Part shown: positions 62,728 to 64,000 of the stretch, in pieces | Layout of the letters: each line of letters begins with the position of its first letter | How positions within the stretch are numbered: the stretch's first letter is position 1 | From: Moorena sp. SIOASIH | GTDB lineage: Bacteria > Cyanobacteriota > Cyanobacteriia > Cyanobacteriales > Coleofasciculaceae | Assembly (NCBI RefSeq): GCF_010671925.1 | Contig: NZ_JAAHIH010000001.1 | Coordinates: forward strand, 677,053 to 741,052 | DNA length: 64,000 nt | Direction of reading: 5' to 3' | The notes under the pieces: generated by a model | Database searches by the model: none | What the model saw: only the letters and a program-made list of their open reading frames with translations | Told to the model about the DNA's origin: nothing | Translations under genes and position numbers: made by a program

Positions 62728-63282
62728 CTATTCCTTGGCCGTTGGCCACGCTACGCGAACACAGCCATACTTTAACGCACTGCCCAGGATAGCTTTAATG
62801 GATTTATGTCTAATAAACTGCTTGAGAGGTTTACTATACTGTTTTAATTCTTGCTTAGATAAATCAGCATCTTCCAATTCTTCTTCCACTAAAGCCATAA
62901 ATTCTTTTAAGGCTTTACCCAAGAGTTTTTTCTGGATATTTTGATCCGATAGTCCGGTATACTCTTTGATAGACTCTTTGAAAAAATCTTTCGTGTAGTC
63001 TTCTAGAGCTTCTTTGGCCAAGGGACTAATCACATCTTTGGCGAGATAGCCACCAGAACTATACATTCCCCAAACTGCTAACCAATCCAGCATGATATTG
63101 GTAGTGTTTTTTGGTTCATCTATCATTATAGAGCAAAGGGAGTAGGGAGTAGGGAGTAGGGAGTAGGGAACAGCGGATCTGGGAGTCGGGAATCGGGAGT
63201 CGGGAATCGGGAATCGGGAGTCGGGAATCGGGAGTCGGGAATCGGGAGTCGGAACAGCGTTTTTCATAAGTATGAGGTACAC
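62728..63282 (-). pseudogene. Detached N-terminal domain fragment of NACHT paralog 2
   Basis: MLDWLAVWGMYSSGGYLAKDVISPLAKEALEDYTKDFF... is about 85% identical to residues 1-135 of paralog 1. Both ends of the ORF run into repeats. Confidence 0.55.
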
Positions 63283-63378
63283 AGGATTTTTTTCCTGTTC
63301 CCTGATCCGAAGTTCCCTGATCCGAAGTTTCCTGTTCCCTACTCCCTACTCCCTACTCCCTACTCCCTACTCCCTACT
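63137..63378. repeat. STRR-like heptamer arrays (GGGAGTA)n, (GGGAATC/GGGAGTC)n and complementary (CCCTACT)n arranged as a large inverted structure
   Basis: Left arrays 63137-63250 and right arrays 63300-63378 are reverse complements around a central ttttcataagtatgaggtacacaggattttttt. Confidence 0.85.
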
Positions 63379-63465
63379 GGCTGACAGCTGACGGCATTAG
63401 GCTAAATGCTTAGCAACAGTTGCTAAAATCAAAGTCATGAGTCGGACAAAAATTGAGGTAATCTC

Positions 63466-64000
63466 ATGTCTGTTGCCAAACCCTTATTTGAGCAGGTTAT
63501 TCTCCCTCATCCGGCCAAAGAAACCCTGCCCACCATGTATGATTTACCCAGTGAAGATCCGGAGGAACCGGGTTTGCCTGACGAATGTCATCTTTGGCAA
63601 CCACAACTGTGTAGTGAAACATTTCGCCCTCCCAATTATGACAGCGAAAGGGTGTTTGTCGCCAGTGACTTAAATTTATATTATGACCCCAACCATACCG
63701 CTTGGTACAAACGACCGGATTGGTTTGCCGTAGTAGGGATTTCCCGATTCTACCAGGGACGAGAGCTGAGAATGAGTTATGTGATCTGGCAAGAAGAAGT
63801 CAGACCAATTGTGGCGATAGAGTTTCTCTCTGCCAGTACCAAGGATCAAGACCTCGGTTACAGCGAACGAACGGGAGAACCACCGACGAAATGGGAAGTG
63901 TACGAGCAGATTTTAGCAATTCCCTACTATATCACCTTTGAGCGAGTCACCAACGAATTAAAAATCTTTCACTTAGATGGCGGCAGCTATCAACTCCAAA
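63466..64000 (+). CDS. Uma2-family (DUF820) endonuclease, 3'-partial (runs off the window)
   Basis: Manual translation gives MSVAKPLFEQVILPHPAKETLPTMYDLPSEDPEEPGLPDECHLWQPQLCSETFRPPNYDSERVFVASDLNLYYDP... This matches the common cyanobacterial Uma2 pattern. It is absent from the ORF track because no stop falls inside the window. Confidence 0.75.
   Translation, partial: MSVAKPLFEQVILPHPAKETLPTMYDLPSEDPEEPGLPDECHLWQPQLCSETFRPPNYDSERVFVASDLNLYYDPNHTAWYKRPDWFAVVGISRFYQGRELRMSYVIWQEEVRPIVAIEFLSASTKDQDLGYSERTGEPPTKWEVYEQILAIPYYITFERVTNELKIFHLDGGSYQLQ

Overview
The window looks like an accessory region of a filamentous cyanobacterium. Evidence for that: frequent HIP1 GCGATCGC sites, many STRR-like 7-nt tandem arrays, dense small palindromic MITE-like repeats, and HetC/HetP-type genes. 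The dominant content is a secreted-peptide/protein island at about 0.4-24.7 kb. It holds two paralogous modules, each with a three-domain peptidase-containing ABC exporter (cNMP-binding-like + C39 peptidase + ABC; HetC-like) next to a HlyD-family adaptor. Each module sits next to a hetP-like gene. Between the two modules lie three paralogous beta-roll (RTX-type) proteins that share an unusual N-terminal domain; one carries a C-type-lectin insert. A parvulin-type peptidyl-prolyl isomerase and four small ORFs with strong ribosome-binding sites and double-glycine (GG/GA) leaders also lie there. These small ORFs are good candidates for exported peptides of the C39 transporters. A further ORF with a textbook double-glycine leader and a cationic repetitive core lies at 42.2 kb. 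A palindromic GCCA-N3-TGGC box recurs next to these genes. The 3' third of the window (54.4-63.3 kb) carries a candidate defence locus: two tandem NACHT-NTPase/HEAT-repeat STAND proteins (the second broken by a small-repeat insertion), an Rpn-family PD-(D/E)XK nuclease and a small HTH protein. The remaining content is a solo IS200/IS605-type tnpB element, tRNA-Ser(UGA), housekeeping genes (thioredoxin, Dps, ClC channel, TldD/PmbA, Tab2-like, Ser/Thr kinase, CBS proteins), an AT-richer three-gene cassette (GNAT, SAM methyltransferase, class-III aminotransferase) flanked by MITE-like repeats, and a partial Uma2-family gene at the 3' edge. All calls rest on reading the six-frame track and the DNA directly. 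No database search was run.
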